Sequence record: OK148440
DNA: 64,000 nucleotides
Reading direction: 5' to 3' (one strand)
From: Escherichia phage MLP3
Shown here piece by piece: positions 38,900-47,291 of this stretch (position 1 is the stretch's first letter; each line of letters starts with the position of its first letter). The position numbers were made by a program, and so were the translations under genes. Below the pieces are notes generated by a model, which had not been told where the DNA came from, ran no database searches, and saw only the letters and a list, made by a program, of their open reading frames with translations.

Positions 38900-39262
38900 T
38901 TACTCTGCTACCAAAAGGCTCAGAGATTTGCGAATGTAGTCAATACTACGGAAGTTTCGATAATTCTCTTGGAAGCGCATCTTTTCAAACTCTGCTTCCT
39001 GAAGCTCTACCTCTGCTGCTTTATATCCTGATAAAGCTAAACTTACCACATCCTGAGGTAAGGTATTACGACGGCGAATAAGATATTTATTCGCTTTTAG
39101 TTTACCTTGTGCACGAGCCATTTTGGCCTTTGCCGCCTTGATACCATGAGAAATCCAAAGCAGTTGCTGTTTCAGATCTTCCTCATCCATACCACCTAAA
39201 TCATTTGCTACTTTATGCAGCGTAGACAGGTTCACATGGCCTTTAATGGGGCGTAGGTTCAT
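38900..39262 (-). CDS. hypothetical protein
   Basis: ATG; 120 aa. Confidence 0.45.
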   Translation of the reverse strand: MNLRPIKGHVNLSTLHKVANDLGGMDEEDLKQQLLWISHGIKAAKAKMARAQGKLKANKYLIRRRNTLPQDVVSLALSGYKAAEVELQEAEFEKMRFQENYRNFRSIDYIRKSLSLLVAE

Positions 39263-39529
39263 AACTTCTCCTGTTTGTCACATTGATTGGTTAGCCAGTT
39301 GTAAGACCCACTGTTGTTCTTGCTTAACTCGCAAGATGCAAAAGAGTACATCCTGACAAACCCCACAGTGGCTAAGCAAATAAAGATTGCTGCCAATAAG
39401 AATTTAGCTTTCAACTTATTATCCATACAACCTCTTCTTTGAGCTTAAAAAAGGACTCTCCTAAGAGAGCCAAGCTTTAAGGCCAATTAAATAGATATCA
39501 CCCAATATCTGTGGATAACCTGCTCTTAA

Positions 39530-39670
39530 AATATTCTATCCGACGGATGTTCGAGGATTATTCCTCTCCCTAGCATCGGCCCCATACGGGAAAGATTAAA
39601 TTAAGTTTAGGTTAGTTGAGCCAGAATAGCTCACATAGCCCTCTGATACTCACAAGGGCTATAGATGTTA
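39530..39670 (-). repeat. conserved structured noncoding element, copy A (candidate regulatory RNA)
   Basis: about 70 percent identical over about 140 nt to copy at 44800-44957; conserved hairpin AUAGCCC-15 nt-GGGCUAU. Confidence 0.4.
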
Positions 39671-39916
39671 CTCTGTGGCTCCGTCGAATCGGAGGATTGC
39701 TGCTGGAACAGGGTATACTTCCAGATCTTCATCCAGTCGGTATAGATGCCCTGTACTTAAATTTACAGCTGTTACTGGCTTAGAGTGGCCTCCAGCCTGT
39801 ATGGAAGGAACTCTGATAAAGAACTCTTCTGGATATTCAACAGAGTGGAACACACTTCCTGAATAAAGATCTTTTATTTTAGAAGTTTGTTTAGGAGTTT
39901 TATCAGCAATTTTCAT
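39668..39916 (-). CDS. small protein, L.DL.PG.VF paralog family
   Basis: shares MKI...L.DL.PG.VF...NL.TG...V.PV with 41037, 41307, 44955, 45180 genes. Confidence 0.45.
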   Translation of the reverse strand: MKIADKTPKQTSKIKDLYSGSVFHSVEYPEEFFIRVPSIQAGGHSKPVTAVNLSTGHLYRLDEDLEVYPVPAAILRFDGATE

Positions 39917-40149
39917 TACAGACCTTTCTTAGCACGATCTTTGGCAGTTTTGCCAGTGCGGATACGATGGGAAACATTAACCAGCTCGCCACCTTCGACG
40001 ATGGTTACGCTTTTGTTTTTCGCAATATCAAACACAGTTTTCTCTGTGCCGCCCAGACGAATCTGTTTAGGCTCACTGTGGGTCTGAGTTGATTTAGACT
40101 GGAACTGGAACGGCTGACGGATGGCATCAATTGCGCTAACTTTAGACAT
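39916..40149 (-). CDS. hypothetical small protein
   Basis: ATG; TAATG overlap. Confidence 0.4.
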   Translation of the reverse strand: MSKVSAIDAIRQPFQFQSKSTQTHSEPKQIRLGGTEKTVFDIAKNKSVTIVEGGELVNVSHRIRTGKTAKDRAKKGL

Positions 40150-40177
40150 GTTTTTATTACCTTACATTAAAGAGAGA

Positions 40178-40591
40178 TTAAACAACGAATTGGAACGCTT
40201 CGTATCCAAACTTATATAAGAAATCGTGTTTGAACTTCGTTACACGACCACGGTCACGGAAAGATTTCAGACGGTTACTGAACCCAGCCATCGGCTCAGG
40301 GTCAATAGGACTACGAATCTTCATAGCTACAGAGTGCAGCTTGAAGCGCTTACCAGTGCTACATGCCATCATCACATACTCCATACGAGTAGTCCAGATG
40401 TTAAGCACCATACTTGTTTTCTCCGCTGACCAACCAGTCTTGCGGGCGATTTCCTTATGGATGTTAAGCTCCAAAGGAAGTGGGAATTGCTTGTTGAATG
40501 AAGCCGGATAGAGTTTGACCAGAAGATCAATGTTTTCTTTATACGTTAAGTAAGCTAATTTCTTGCTTACGTTGGGGAATTTCCCAGACAT
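40178..40591 (-). CDS. ProQ/FinO-domain-like RNA-binding protein
   Basis: LYPASF...PLPLELNIHKEIARKTGWSAEKTSMVLNIWTTRMEY follows the ProQ N-terminal FinO-domain pattern. Confidence 0.4.
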   Translation of the reverse strand: MSGKFPNVSKKLAYLTYKENIDLLVKLYPASFNKQFPLPLELNIHKEIARKTGWSAEKTSMVLNIWTTRMEYVMMACSTGKRFKLHSVAMKIRSPIDPEPMAGFSNRLKSFRDRGRVTKFKHDFLYKFGYEAFQFVV

Positions 40592-40789
40592 TTTTGAAGC
40601 TCCAAAACAGCGCCGAAAAGAGAGGCGTCATAGTAGCTAAAAGGAGGAGAGAAGAGGGCTTATTTACTTGCCTTTTTCTGTCCGTTAATGTACCAGATAA
40701 CTGAACCGTCAGGCTGTCGTTGACCGAAGCCTTTCAAGTTAACCATTTCTTCTTCAGAGTAGGCACGTTTTCTCACTGATTTTCTCCTG

Positions 40790-41047
40790 TCAGTAGAAGG
40801 TGTGTGTAGAGTCGTCGTTCATAGATAACCAAACGAAGAAGACAATCACACAGAAAGCAATAACACCGAGAATTGCAAGGATTATAGTGTTAGCTAATGT
40901 GATATCTAACACGCTTTGCAGATACATAAAGAACTGTACGACACCACATACCATCAGCACAACCCCAACGACAATGAGGAGCCAATATGTGCAGAGAAGG
41001 ACTGCATCTAATAGTGATACATACTTTGGATGATCTTTATGTCTCAC
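40790..41047 (-). CDS. small multi-pass membrane protein
   Basis: hydrophobic helices; start not verified. Confidence 0.4.
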   Translation of the reverse strand: MRHKDHPKYVSLLDAVLLCTYWLLIVVGVVLMVCGVVQFFMYLQSVLDITLANTIILAILGVIAFCVIVFFVWLSMNDDSTHTFY

Positions 41048-41303
41048 TGATCTTTTCCACTAAATCCAGAGTTGCTGATTCAAATACAACACCAACTACC
41101 ATATTAGGTGCCATATTACGAACGTATCCGCTCTGCATAGACACGGCCCGAGAGTATTCAGAACCGTTAGAACTTTTGTTTACCTTCATGTAAAGGGTTT
41201 GCTCTTTATCTTCTTTCAGAGTAAAGAAAGAGCCGGGAAGAAGCCTCTGAACAGTCAGAGGGATATCTGCAACATGAGTCTTATTGATAGTAAGAACTGT
41301 CAT
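41037..41303 (-). CDS. small protein, L.DL.PG.VF paralog family
   Basis: paralog alignment. Confidence 0.4.
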   Translation of the reverse strand: MTVLTINKTHVADIPLTVQRLLPGSFFTLKEDKEQTLYMKVNKSSNGSEYSRAVSMQSGYVRNMAPNMVVGVVFESATLDLVEKISET

Positions 41304-41306
41304 TGC

Positions 41307-41561
41307 TTATTCCTTAATAGTTGCTTCAGCTTTAATAGGAATAACAGCAACATCTTTACGAGGTGCTGTCGCTCGACCTGTGTTAAGGCAGGCTACAAGT
41401 CTATGCTCGTCCGCACCCTTGATGCAGAGTCGAGTTGAGAACTCAGTAGACAGCAAGATGTACAAATCATCATCTTCACTGTTAGGGTACATGAAGCAAT
41501 CCCCAAGTCGTAAAGCACTGAGAGGTATTGCACTCTTACCTGCTGGTTTATTAACTTTCAT
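41307..41561 (-). CDS. small protein, L.DL.PG.VF paralog family
   Basis: paralog alignment. Confidence 0.4.
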   Translation of the reverse strand: MKVNKPAGKSAIPLSALRLGDCFMYPNSEDDDLYILLSTEFSTRLCIKGADEHRLVACLNTGRATAPRKDVAVIPIKAEATIKE

Positions 41562-41837
41562 TTTACCACCTTTAGTTATGGACCAATTTATGAGAGAACT
41601 CTCGGAAGAATGCTTTCATAAATAGGGGGAGGGGACGAATCCTCCCATATCCTATTAATTAATATTGCATGTAAGATCTAACAATTCGATGCTGTAGTGG
41701 ATAGCGTAAAACGCTTACCGGCATTAAACCCAGCCCATGAGGGGCTTATGTGAATAAAATGCTCAACATTGAGCGGTTAGTTGATAGGAGATCTGAAGTC
41801 CTATCTCAAAGGACTCTCGTAAGAATCCTTCACGATA

Positions 41838-42104
41838 TTACTTAGTAATAAAGACTGTCACCTTATCCATTACCCAGCCTATCAGCATAAGGAAAGGTAA
41901 GAAGAGGATAAAGATCAGCATAAAAGGCCAGAAGAATATCACCGTCCAAATAGAGTATTCATCAGGCTTACCACTCCATGAGGAATGGAAGAAGTTGTAG
42001 AGTGTATTGGTTTTGAAGCACCATTTAACTACAATGGCTGCCAACCACCAACCAATAACATAAATCAGGAGGACATACGCTGCTGTAACCATTGACCGTT
42101 CCAT
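41838..42104 (-). CDS. small membrane protein
   Basis: hydrophobic helices; start not verified. Confidence 0.4.
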   Translation of the reverse strand: MERSMVTAAYVLLIYVIGWWLAAIVVKWCFKTNTLYNFFHSSWSGKPDEYSIWTVIFFWPFMLIFILFLPFLMLIGWVMDKVTVFITK

Positions 42105-42319
42105 TGATAGTTGCGAGTTACCACGTTTCCGTGGATAAGAAAGTGCTGGCGGCGAAGGATATCTTTAACGTTGTAATAGGCAGCGTTACCGAGATGGCCT
42201 TCTTTGATAAGCCAACGAAGATTACGAATATCAACCAACAGCATTTTTACTTGCTGTTGGCATGAAGTTTGAGCTGCTGTTTCAAGTAGAGCTTTCGTAT
42301 CAGAATAATGACCGGACAT
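42065..42319 (-). CDS. hypothetical small protein
   Basis: ORF only; overlaps neighbour. Confidence 0.3.
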   Translation of the reverse strand: MSGHYSDTKALLETAAQTSCQQQVKMLLVDIRNLRWLIKEGHLGNAAYYNVKDILRRQHFLIHGNVVTRNYQWNGQWLQQRMSS

Positions 42320-42320
42320 A

Positions 42321-42653
42321 TCACCACTCCTTACCTGTTGTTGTCACAGAGCCACCACACAGCTCACCACGGGAGATGAAGTCATAACGTGACCAATCAC
42401 CTTGGGTAGCCATATCACGATCTGCATAAGCTTTCTCGTCAACAGCACCGCCATTGGAACAAGAAGCACCGGCATAACGTATATCAACCTCACCACTAGG
42501 AATCTTCTCCCCGCTATGCCAACGGGAAACACAGACACCTTCTACAGATAATGCACACCATCCATCAGGACGATGCTGTACACAGCCTGTAAGAGCTACA
42601 CAGGCGATAAAGATACAGGTTAAGGTAATTACACCACCCCAACTCATAAGCAC
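42321..42653 (-). CDS. Cys-rich lipoprotein
   Basis: signal peptide with lipobox-like LTGC; start not verified. Confidence 0.4.
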   Translation of the reverse strand: MLMSWGGVITLTCIFIACVALTGCVQHRPDGWCALSVEGVCVSRWHSGEKIPSGEVDIRYAGASCSNGGAVDEKAYADRDMATQGDWSRYDFISRGELCGGSVTTTGKEW

Positions 42654-42787
42654 CTCCTATTTGATTTGGTGGACTATCTGGAATCGAACCAGAAGCTCAC
42701 TAAGAAAGCAATTCCCACTGTTATAAAAGCACTTGCCTCAACAGGGATACACTAACTCTGGTGCCGTACCCATACTAGCCCTAAATG

Positions 42788-42863
42788 TGGTGCACCCTAC
42801 AGGACTCGAACCTGTAACCAACGACTTAGAAGGTCGCTGCTCTGTCCGTTGAGCTAAGGGTGC
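42788..42863 (-). tRNA. tRNA-Arg, anticodon UCU
   Basis: hand-folded cloverleaf: acceptor GCACCCU/AGGGUGC, D-stem GCUC/GAGC, anticodon loop CUUCUAA, T-arm ACAGG-UUCGAGU-CCUGU, encoded CCA. Confidence 0.85.
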
Positions 42864-42872
42864 TGAATTTGT

Positions 42873-43082
42873 TTAACTGAAGATACGCAAGGCCACATCG
42901 TGACCGATATGACCGGGAACTTTATGCTGTTCTATTTTCAAACAGTGTTTACAGATACGAGATACACGAGATTCTTTTCTCTCTACTGGAGTGTCTTTAG
43001 CGTGAGTGATATGTAAGTTTTCAGTGACCACCCATTCATGTTTACATCCAGAATCTTCGGGCTTTTTCTTACGAAAGAACAT
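42873..43082 (-). CDS. small zinc-ribbon protein, paralog family
   Basis: CKHEW...CKHC pairs; similar to two tandem neighbours. Confidence 0.4.
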   Translation of the reverse strand: MFFRKKKPEDSGCKHEWVVTENLHITHAKDTPVERKESRVSRICKHCLKIEQHKVPGHIGHDVALRIFS

Positions 43083-43090
43083 AACACCCC

Positions 43091-43255
43091 TTAGATCAGA
43101 TCTGTTTTCTTGTGCTTACCACACACTTTACAGCGGGAATAGATACGCAACCCCTGTCGCTCTCCTCCAGCAAGACGATGTGTAACCTTCAATTCATAAG
43201 TAGAAAGATCTTCCCACTCATGGAAATGAAAGAGACGCTTGAACCATTTAATCAT
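43091..43255 (-). CDS. small zinc-ribbon protein (54 aa), below the ORF-track cutoff
   Basis: my translation MIKWFKRLFHFHEWEDL...CKVCGKHKKTDLI; paralogous to both neighbours. Confidence 0.35.
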   Translation of the reverse strand: MIKWFKRLFHFHEWEDLSTYELKVTHRLAGGERQGLRIYSRCKVCGKHKKTDLI

Positions 43256-43264
43256 AATGATTCC

Positions 43265-43426
43265 TTAGATTACATCACGATGACTAACATCACCACACAC
43301 CTTACACTGAATAACGTAACGTGTGCCCTTGTCATTGTTCCCATCTGAATCTGTATAGACCAGAGGACGGGTGTTAATAATCTTCCAATCATGACAATGG
43401 AAGACACGCTTTAGCCATTTAATCAT
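43265..43426 (-). CDS. small zinc-ribbon protein, paralog family
   Basis: MIKWLKRVFHCHDW...CKVCG; internal ATG chosen by paralog alignment. Confidence 0.4.
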   Translation of the reverse strand: MIKWLKRVFHCHDWKIINTRPLVYTDSDGNNDKGTRYVIQCKVCGDVSHRDVI

Positions 43427-43427
43427 A

Positions 43428-43685
43428 CTAAGCACACGCCGGTAATTCAATTAACTGAGGAGTACGACAAGGGCCATCCTCATACACACCTACTAGTGTT
43501 GGCATGTAAGGCCCAGCGCACTGGTATTCATCGAACAGTTCATTGTAAGTAGGCTTCCACTTCCAAGCCCACACATAACCCATTCGATCAATGGCAATGT
43601 AACGAGTGTTCAGAGGAACCTGCATCATCACATCACCAACTGCTATTACTTTCGTAATAACTACTGCTCGGAAGTTTGTCTTCAT
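43428..43685 (-). CDS. hypothetical small protein
   Basis: ORF only. Confidence 0.4.
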   Translation of the reverse strand: MKTNFRAVVITKVIAVGDVMMQVPLNTRYIAIDRMGYVWAWKWKPTYNELFDEYQCAGPYMPTLVGVYEDGPCRTPQLIELPACA

Positions 43686-43990
43686 GACTTTGCAGCCTCC
43701 ATCATTTTATTCATTTTAGCCACACCTTTACGGATAAGAGGCATAAATTCATCAGCCAGTTCAGTGGATAAAAGTTTAAGCCCGCCTGATTTAATACCGT
43801 TCACCGCCTTCTCAACTTCATCCGACAGCAATGTCATTGTTAACCACGGGGATTTTATTACCACAGTAAAGCCTGGTTCATACCGCGAGTGACTGTAGGT
43901 GAACTCTAAATGAGTAACACCGGGCATCTTAGACATTTGAGCACGGATATCTACATTAGGGTTGCAGCGAGTTGAAGATGAAATTGTCAT
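43682..43990 (-). CDS. hypothetical small protein
   Basis: ORF only. Confidence 0.4.
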   Translation of the reverse strand: MTISSSTRCNPNVDIRAQMSKMPGVTHLEFTYSHSRYEPGFTVVIKSPWLTMTLLSDEVEKAVNGIKSGGLKLLSTELADEFMPLIRKGVAKMNKMMEAAKS

Positions 43991-44238
43991 GGCGCTTTAA
44001 TCTCAATCTGAACGTTGACGACGAATACAGTATGGTTTGCACTGTACACTGAAGTGCCTATGATTGGCTTATCATCACTGAGGATTTCAACAGCGTGCTC
44101 AAGGTTAATCTTCAGATGAAGACGCCCTGATTCCATGAAGAAATCACCAGCACGTATCTCACCGAACTTAGCTGGCACACCGATAGAGGGTATCAGTATG
44201 TCAGTGCGACCTTTACGGTCAAATAAACGATTGAACAT
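43987..44238 (-). CDS. hypothetical small protein (internal ATG start)
   Basis: table ORF start would overlap terminator; ATG at 44238 with GAGAGG RBS. Confidence 0.35.
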   Translation of the reverse strand: MFNRLFDRKGRTDILIPSIGVPAKFGEIRAGDFFMESGRLHLKINLEHAVEILSDDKPIIGTSVYSANHTVFVVNVQIEIKAP

Positions 44239-44280
44239 ATCAACCTCTCTTGTTAGTTTAAGTAAGAGTTGTCCCTTAAT

Positions 44281-44312
44281 TAAAACAACAAAGGCCACCC
44301 CTAAGGGCAGCC
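44281..44312 (-). terminator. hairpin terminator
   Basis: GGCUGCCC-UUAG-GGGUGGCC with two G-U pairs, then U-rich tail. Confidence 0.5.
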
Positions 44313-44318
44313 TCTTAT

Positions 44319-44534
44319 TTAAGCGCAAGCACTACGCAGTTTGTTATTCAAGAAGCGATCTTCTGCATTATACAGGAATGCATAGAACAACTCTTTTGCT
44401 ACATCCCGATCGCAATTGAGACATTTAGAGATCTGTAACAACAAACCATCACGACTATTAGGATGATCAATTATCGCAAGACGAATAATCTCACGAATAC
44501 CAATGTCATGCTCAGCCGCCATAGAACCAATCAC
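44319..44534 (-). CDS. hypothetical small protein
   Basis: ORF only. Confidence 0.4.
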   Translation of the reverse strand: MIGSMAAEHDIGIREIIRLAIIDHPNSRDGLLLQISKCLNCDRDVAKELFYAFLYNAEDRFLNNKLRSACA

Positions 44535-44799
44535 CCTGACGTTTACGAATGTTAGTTGTCAGACGAAGCATGGCAGACTCAATCTTCAAAGCACCATTTG
44601 CTACTGCATCCATACGTTCAGGACGGTTCATACGTTTGGTTGTCTTTTTCATAATGTTCTCTCTTTATTGATGGAGGCAGGATTGCCAGTTAATATAAAG
44701 GGAAGCCCTACACGTTAAGGCTTCCGCTTGTACAAACTGTCGAGAACTCTCTACCCCTAGAATGTTCTCTATCCCAAACCGATACATACCCCTACATAT

Positions 44800-44957
44800 C
44801 GGAATGCCATTCGAAAATTAACAGGTTTTAGTCTATCACCGGATGTTTGAGACAAGTCTCTCCCTAGCGGTGAGCCATATGGCGTTGAGATTATAGTTAA
44901 TTGAGGAACACCCTCACATAGCCCTCTGATAAACACAAGAGCTATAAGTCGATGTTA
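44800..44957 (-). repeat. conserved structured noncoding element, copy B
   Basis: homologous to 39530-39670; overlaps stop codon of 44955-45179 gene. Confidence 0.4.
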
Positions 44958-45179
44958 CTTGTTGGTTAGTCGTGCGTTAGGTACAGGTCTGACTACAGTC
45001 GATTTACACTCAGAATCACGCTTACCTGTATAAAGGTTAACAAAATAACTTTTGTTTTCACCATAACACGCAGTACGCATGTAGTATTGAGTTTCATTGT
45101 AGTTAAACTGGAAGACTTCACCCGGATTTAGGTCTCCGAGAGTTACAACCTCTGGCGTACTATCAATGTCAATCTTCAT
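44955..45179 (-). CDS. small protein, L.DL.PG.VF paralog family
   Basis: ATG; paralog alignment. Confidence 0.45.
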   Translation of the reverse strand: MKIDIDSTPEVVTLGDLNPGEVFQFNYNETQYYMRTACYGENKSYFVNLYTGKRDSECKSTVVRPVPNARLTNK

Positions 45180-45410
45180 TTAACCACCAATATTAGTCAC
45201 TTGAACATCAAATACAGGGATAACTTCATGATGTTCCTGTAACTGGAATAGTGTTCCCTGACGAAGACCAACCACACGATGCATATCATTCAGGCAGGTG
45301 TCTGTCTTTAGATAGAGGTGTTCAGAGTTAGTTGGTAGACGGAATACATCACCCGGACGTAGATCGCTGAGTTTTTTAGTAACAACTAAAGATGGGAGAT
45401 TAATTTTCAT
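45180..45410 (-). CDS. small protein, L.DL.PG.VF paralog family
   Basis: paralog alignment. Confidence 0.45.
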   Translation of the reverse strand: MKINLPSLVVTKKLSDLRPGDVFRLPTNSEHLYLKTDTCLNDMHRVVGLRQGTLFQLQEHHEVIPVFDVQVTNIGG

Positions 45411-45598
45411 TTGATTAACACCAAATCAGTACGACGTTCGAAGGAAGGGGAGGATTCACCATTCCACTGAACAAGATAACAGAGAACACCATCAATCGTT
45501 GTTCTCCGACGAATAACACCTGTAACAGTTCCACCAACAAGGCGAACGGTGTCGCCAACGGTAAATTTAACCTTTGATCGCATCTCCTGTTTCCTCAT
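45407..45598 (-). CDS. small beta-rich protein
   Basis: ORF only. Confidence 0.4.
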   Translation of the reverse strand: MRKQEMRSKVKFTVGDTVRLVGGTVTGVIRRRTTIDGVLCYLVQWNGESSPSFERRTDLVLIK

Positions 45599-45872
45599 TC
45601 TGGCGTTTAATTTCTTCAGTGAGTTGTTTGTTTAGATCTTGAATACGCTTAATCTCCCAACCCAAAGAAGCCAAACGATCGTTACGTGCTTCGATTTGTT
45701 CCTGCATTTTGAGTAATTTGGAACGAACATCAGCATTAAAAACTTCTTCTTGCTTAAGAAGGAACTCGTAACGACGCTTCCAGCTTGCTGATTTATTTCT
45801 TAAAATAATAAACCCTAGAGTAGAAACCGTTACAGTGAGTACGAAAAGGAACTTATAAACCTCTAAAGACAT
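45567..45872 (-). CDS. membrane-anchored coiled-coil protein
   Basis: N-terminal TM helix then coiled coil; start not verified. Confidence 0.4.
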   Translation of the reverse strand: MSLEVYKFLFVLTVTVSTLGFIILRNKSASWKRRYEFLLKQEEVFNADVRSKLLKMQEQIEARNDRLASLGWEIKRIQDLNKQLTEEIKRQNEETGDAIKG

Positions 45873-46073
45873 ATCTTTATCCTCTTAAAGTAAGATATTA
45901 TAAGAAATATTATTTAGAATTTATTATTTCTAAACTTAATTTCTATCAATAATTTTCAGAGGTCTATATACAGTCATTACCTCTGGTCCCAAATCACTTC
46001 CACTTTTTACAGAGAAAATCATAAGTGTGTGATTTATAAGGAAATTTAGTTTGTCAATATTGGCACCTACGAA

Positions 46074-46460
46074 TCAGTCACGGGAGCTATTATTGAACAC
46101 TAAATCACCACAATACATCGGATTGGTATACCACTTTGGCACCCCTTCGCTCTTACTCTGAAAGTATGTACCACTGTATAAAGGCACATAATCTTTCTTC
46201 AGTGCACGCCTTGCAAGCCGCTCGCTTTCTCTGATTGATTTCTTTATCAGAGGGTTATCATCACGAATTAGCTTTACATAACGCTTAAAAGGTTTCTCCT
46301 TCTTTAATAGGACGGGTATCCACTCGAACTGGTTTCGTTGATTTATAACCTGCTCGGCAGTCAGTTTTCGTTGTGACATTCTGTTTATTACGGTATCCGC
46401 TACTAATGCTTTGCAAGCGGTTGGCTGATTCCCTGCCTCATAATAAATAGTCAATGTCAA
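46074..46460 (-). CDS. SleB-like cell-wall hydrolase (endolysin candidate), start codon unclear
   Basis: IYYEAGNQPTACKALVADTVINRM resembles the SleB/Hydrolase_2 N-terminal motif; no in-frame ATG or GTG. Confidence 0.4.
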   Translation of the reverse strand: MTLTIYYEAGNQPTACKALVADTVINRMSQRKLTAEQVINQRNQFEWIPVLLKKEKPFKRYVKLIRDDNPLIKKSIRESERLARRALKKDYVPLYSGTYFQSKSEGVPKWYTNPMYCGDLVFNNSSRD

Positions 46461-46513
46461 AAGTAGCTGGGCTGTCGTTATCAGAACTTACTACCCCCTT
46501 GTTTTACGGGCAT

Positions 46514-46539
46514 AAAAAAGCCCCATCCGAAGACGGGGC
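46514..46539 (-). terminator. rho-independent terminator
   Basis: GCCCC...UUCG...GGGGC hairpin followed by U6. Confidence 0.6.
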
Positions 46540-46699
46540 GACCTGAAAGAGTGAACATGACCTCACTCATTTAAGAATCCTCGTAAAGACTCTTAAAAAA
46601 GCGGCCTCGTTAAAGGCCCGGTCAAATGACCATCCAATAGGGATTGAACCATGCCAATGATTCACAAAGGGAGTTCCCTTTAGGTATCACTAGCTACGC

Positions 46700-46720
46700 A
46701 AAAAGCCGCACAAAGGCGGC
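46700..46720 (-). terminator. rho-independent terminator
   Basis: GCCGC-CUUUGU-GCGGC followed by U5. Confidence 0.6.
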
Positions 46721-46777
46721 AGACAAAGACGCTCAAGAAGAGCGTCATAGTAGTTGACCACTGGTACAGAAGAGGGC

Positions 46778-47221
46778 TTACTTAACTCTTGCTGTTTTGA
46801 GTGGGTCAATATATTTTTCAACTCCCCACTTATGTTTACTATCAGCGTAGAAAACATCTGGTGCACATTGGCTAGTAGTAGGAAATGCTTTCGGTGGCTT
46901 AGTGCTACCTTTATTCTTCTGCTTACCTTTAGTGCGACCGTTACAAAAGATTTCTAAACGCTTTTCTTGTTCCGTTTTCGCCGCCCCGTTGATTAACAAG
47001 GAACGCTTGTGATCAGCAAGAAGAAGCGCATCAGCACGATGAACACGACGACCTAGTACCTTTGGTACAGGAGATTCTTTATGTTCTTGAGCGGCCTGTT
47101 TCATAGCCCTGCGTTTAAGGCTACGTTTGCTAATATGGTTAACAGCGGCTGGCTTTTCTTTTTCCAGCTCATTCATAGAGAACACTCGTCCGCCTTTCAT
47201 GCTGATTTTAGATTTAGCCAT
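46778..47221 (-). CDS. basic hypothetical protein
   Basis: ORF only; K/R-rich. Confidence 0.45.
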   Translation of the reverse strand: MAKSKISMKGGRVFSMNELEKEKPAAVNHISKRSLKRRAMKQAAQEHKESPVPKVLGRRVHRADALLLADHKRSLLINGAAKTEQEKRLEIFCNGRTKGKQKNKGSTKPPKAFPTTSQCAPDVFYADSKHKWGVEKYIDPLKTARVK

Positions 47222-47291
47222 TGTTTTATTCCTTTCGCTGATAAATTATATCGTGCAAGCCTTACCACATAGCAAGGCTTAACCAAATAAC

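Noticed and set aside
42668-42760. Second tRNA next to tRNA-Arg
   Set aside because: Only the T-arm and 3' end fold; no acceptor 5' strand or anticodon arm found by hand. Reported as a remnant only.
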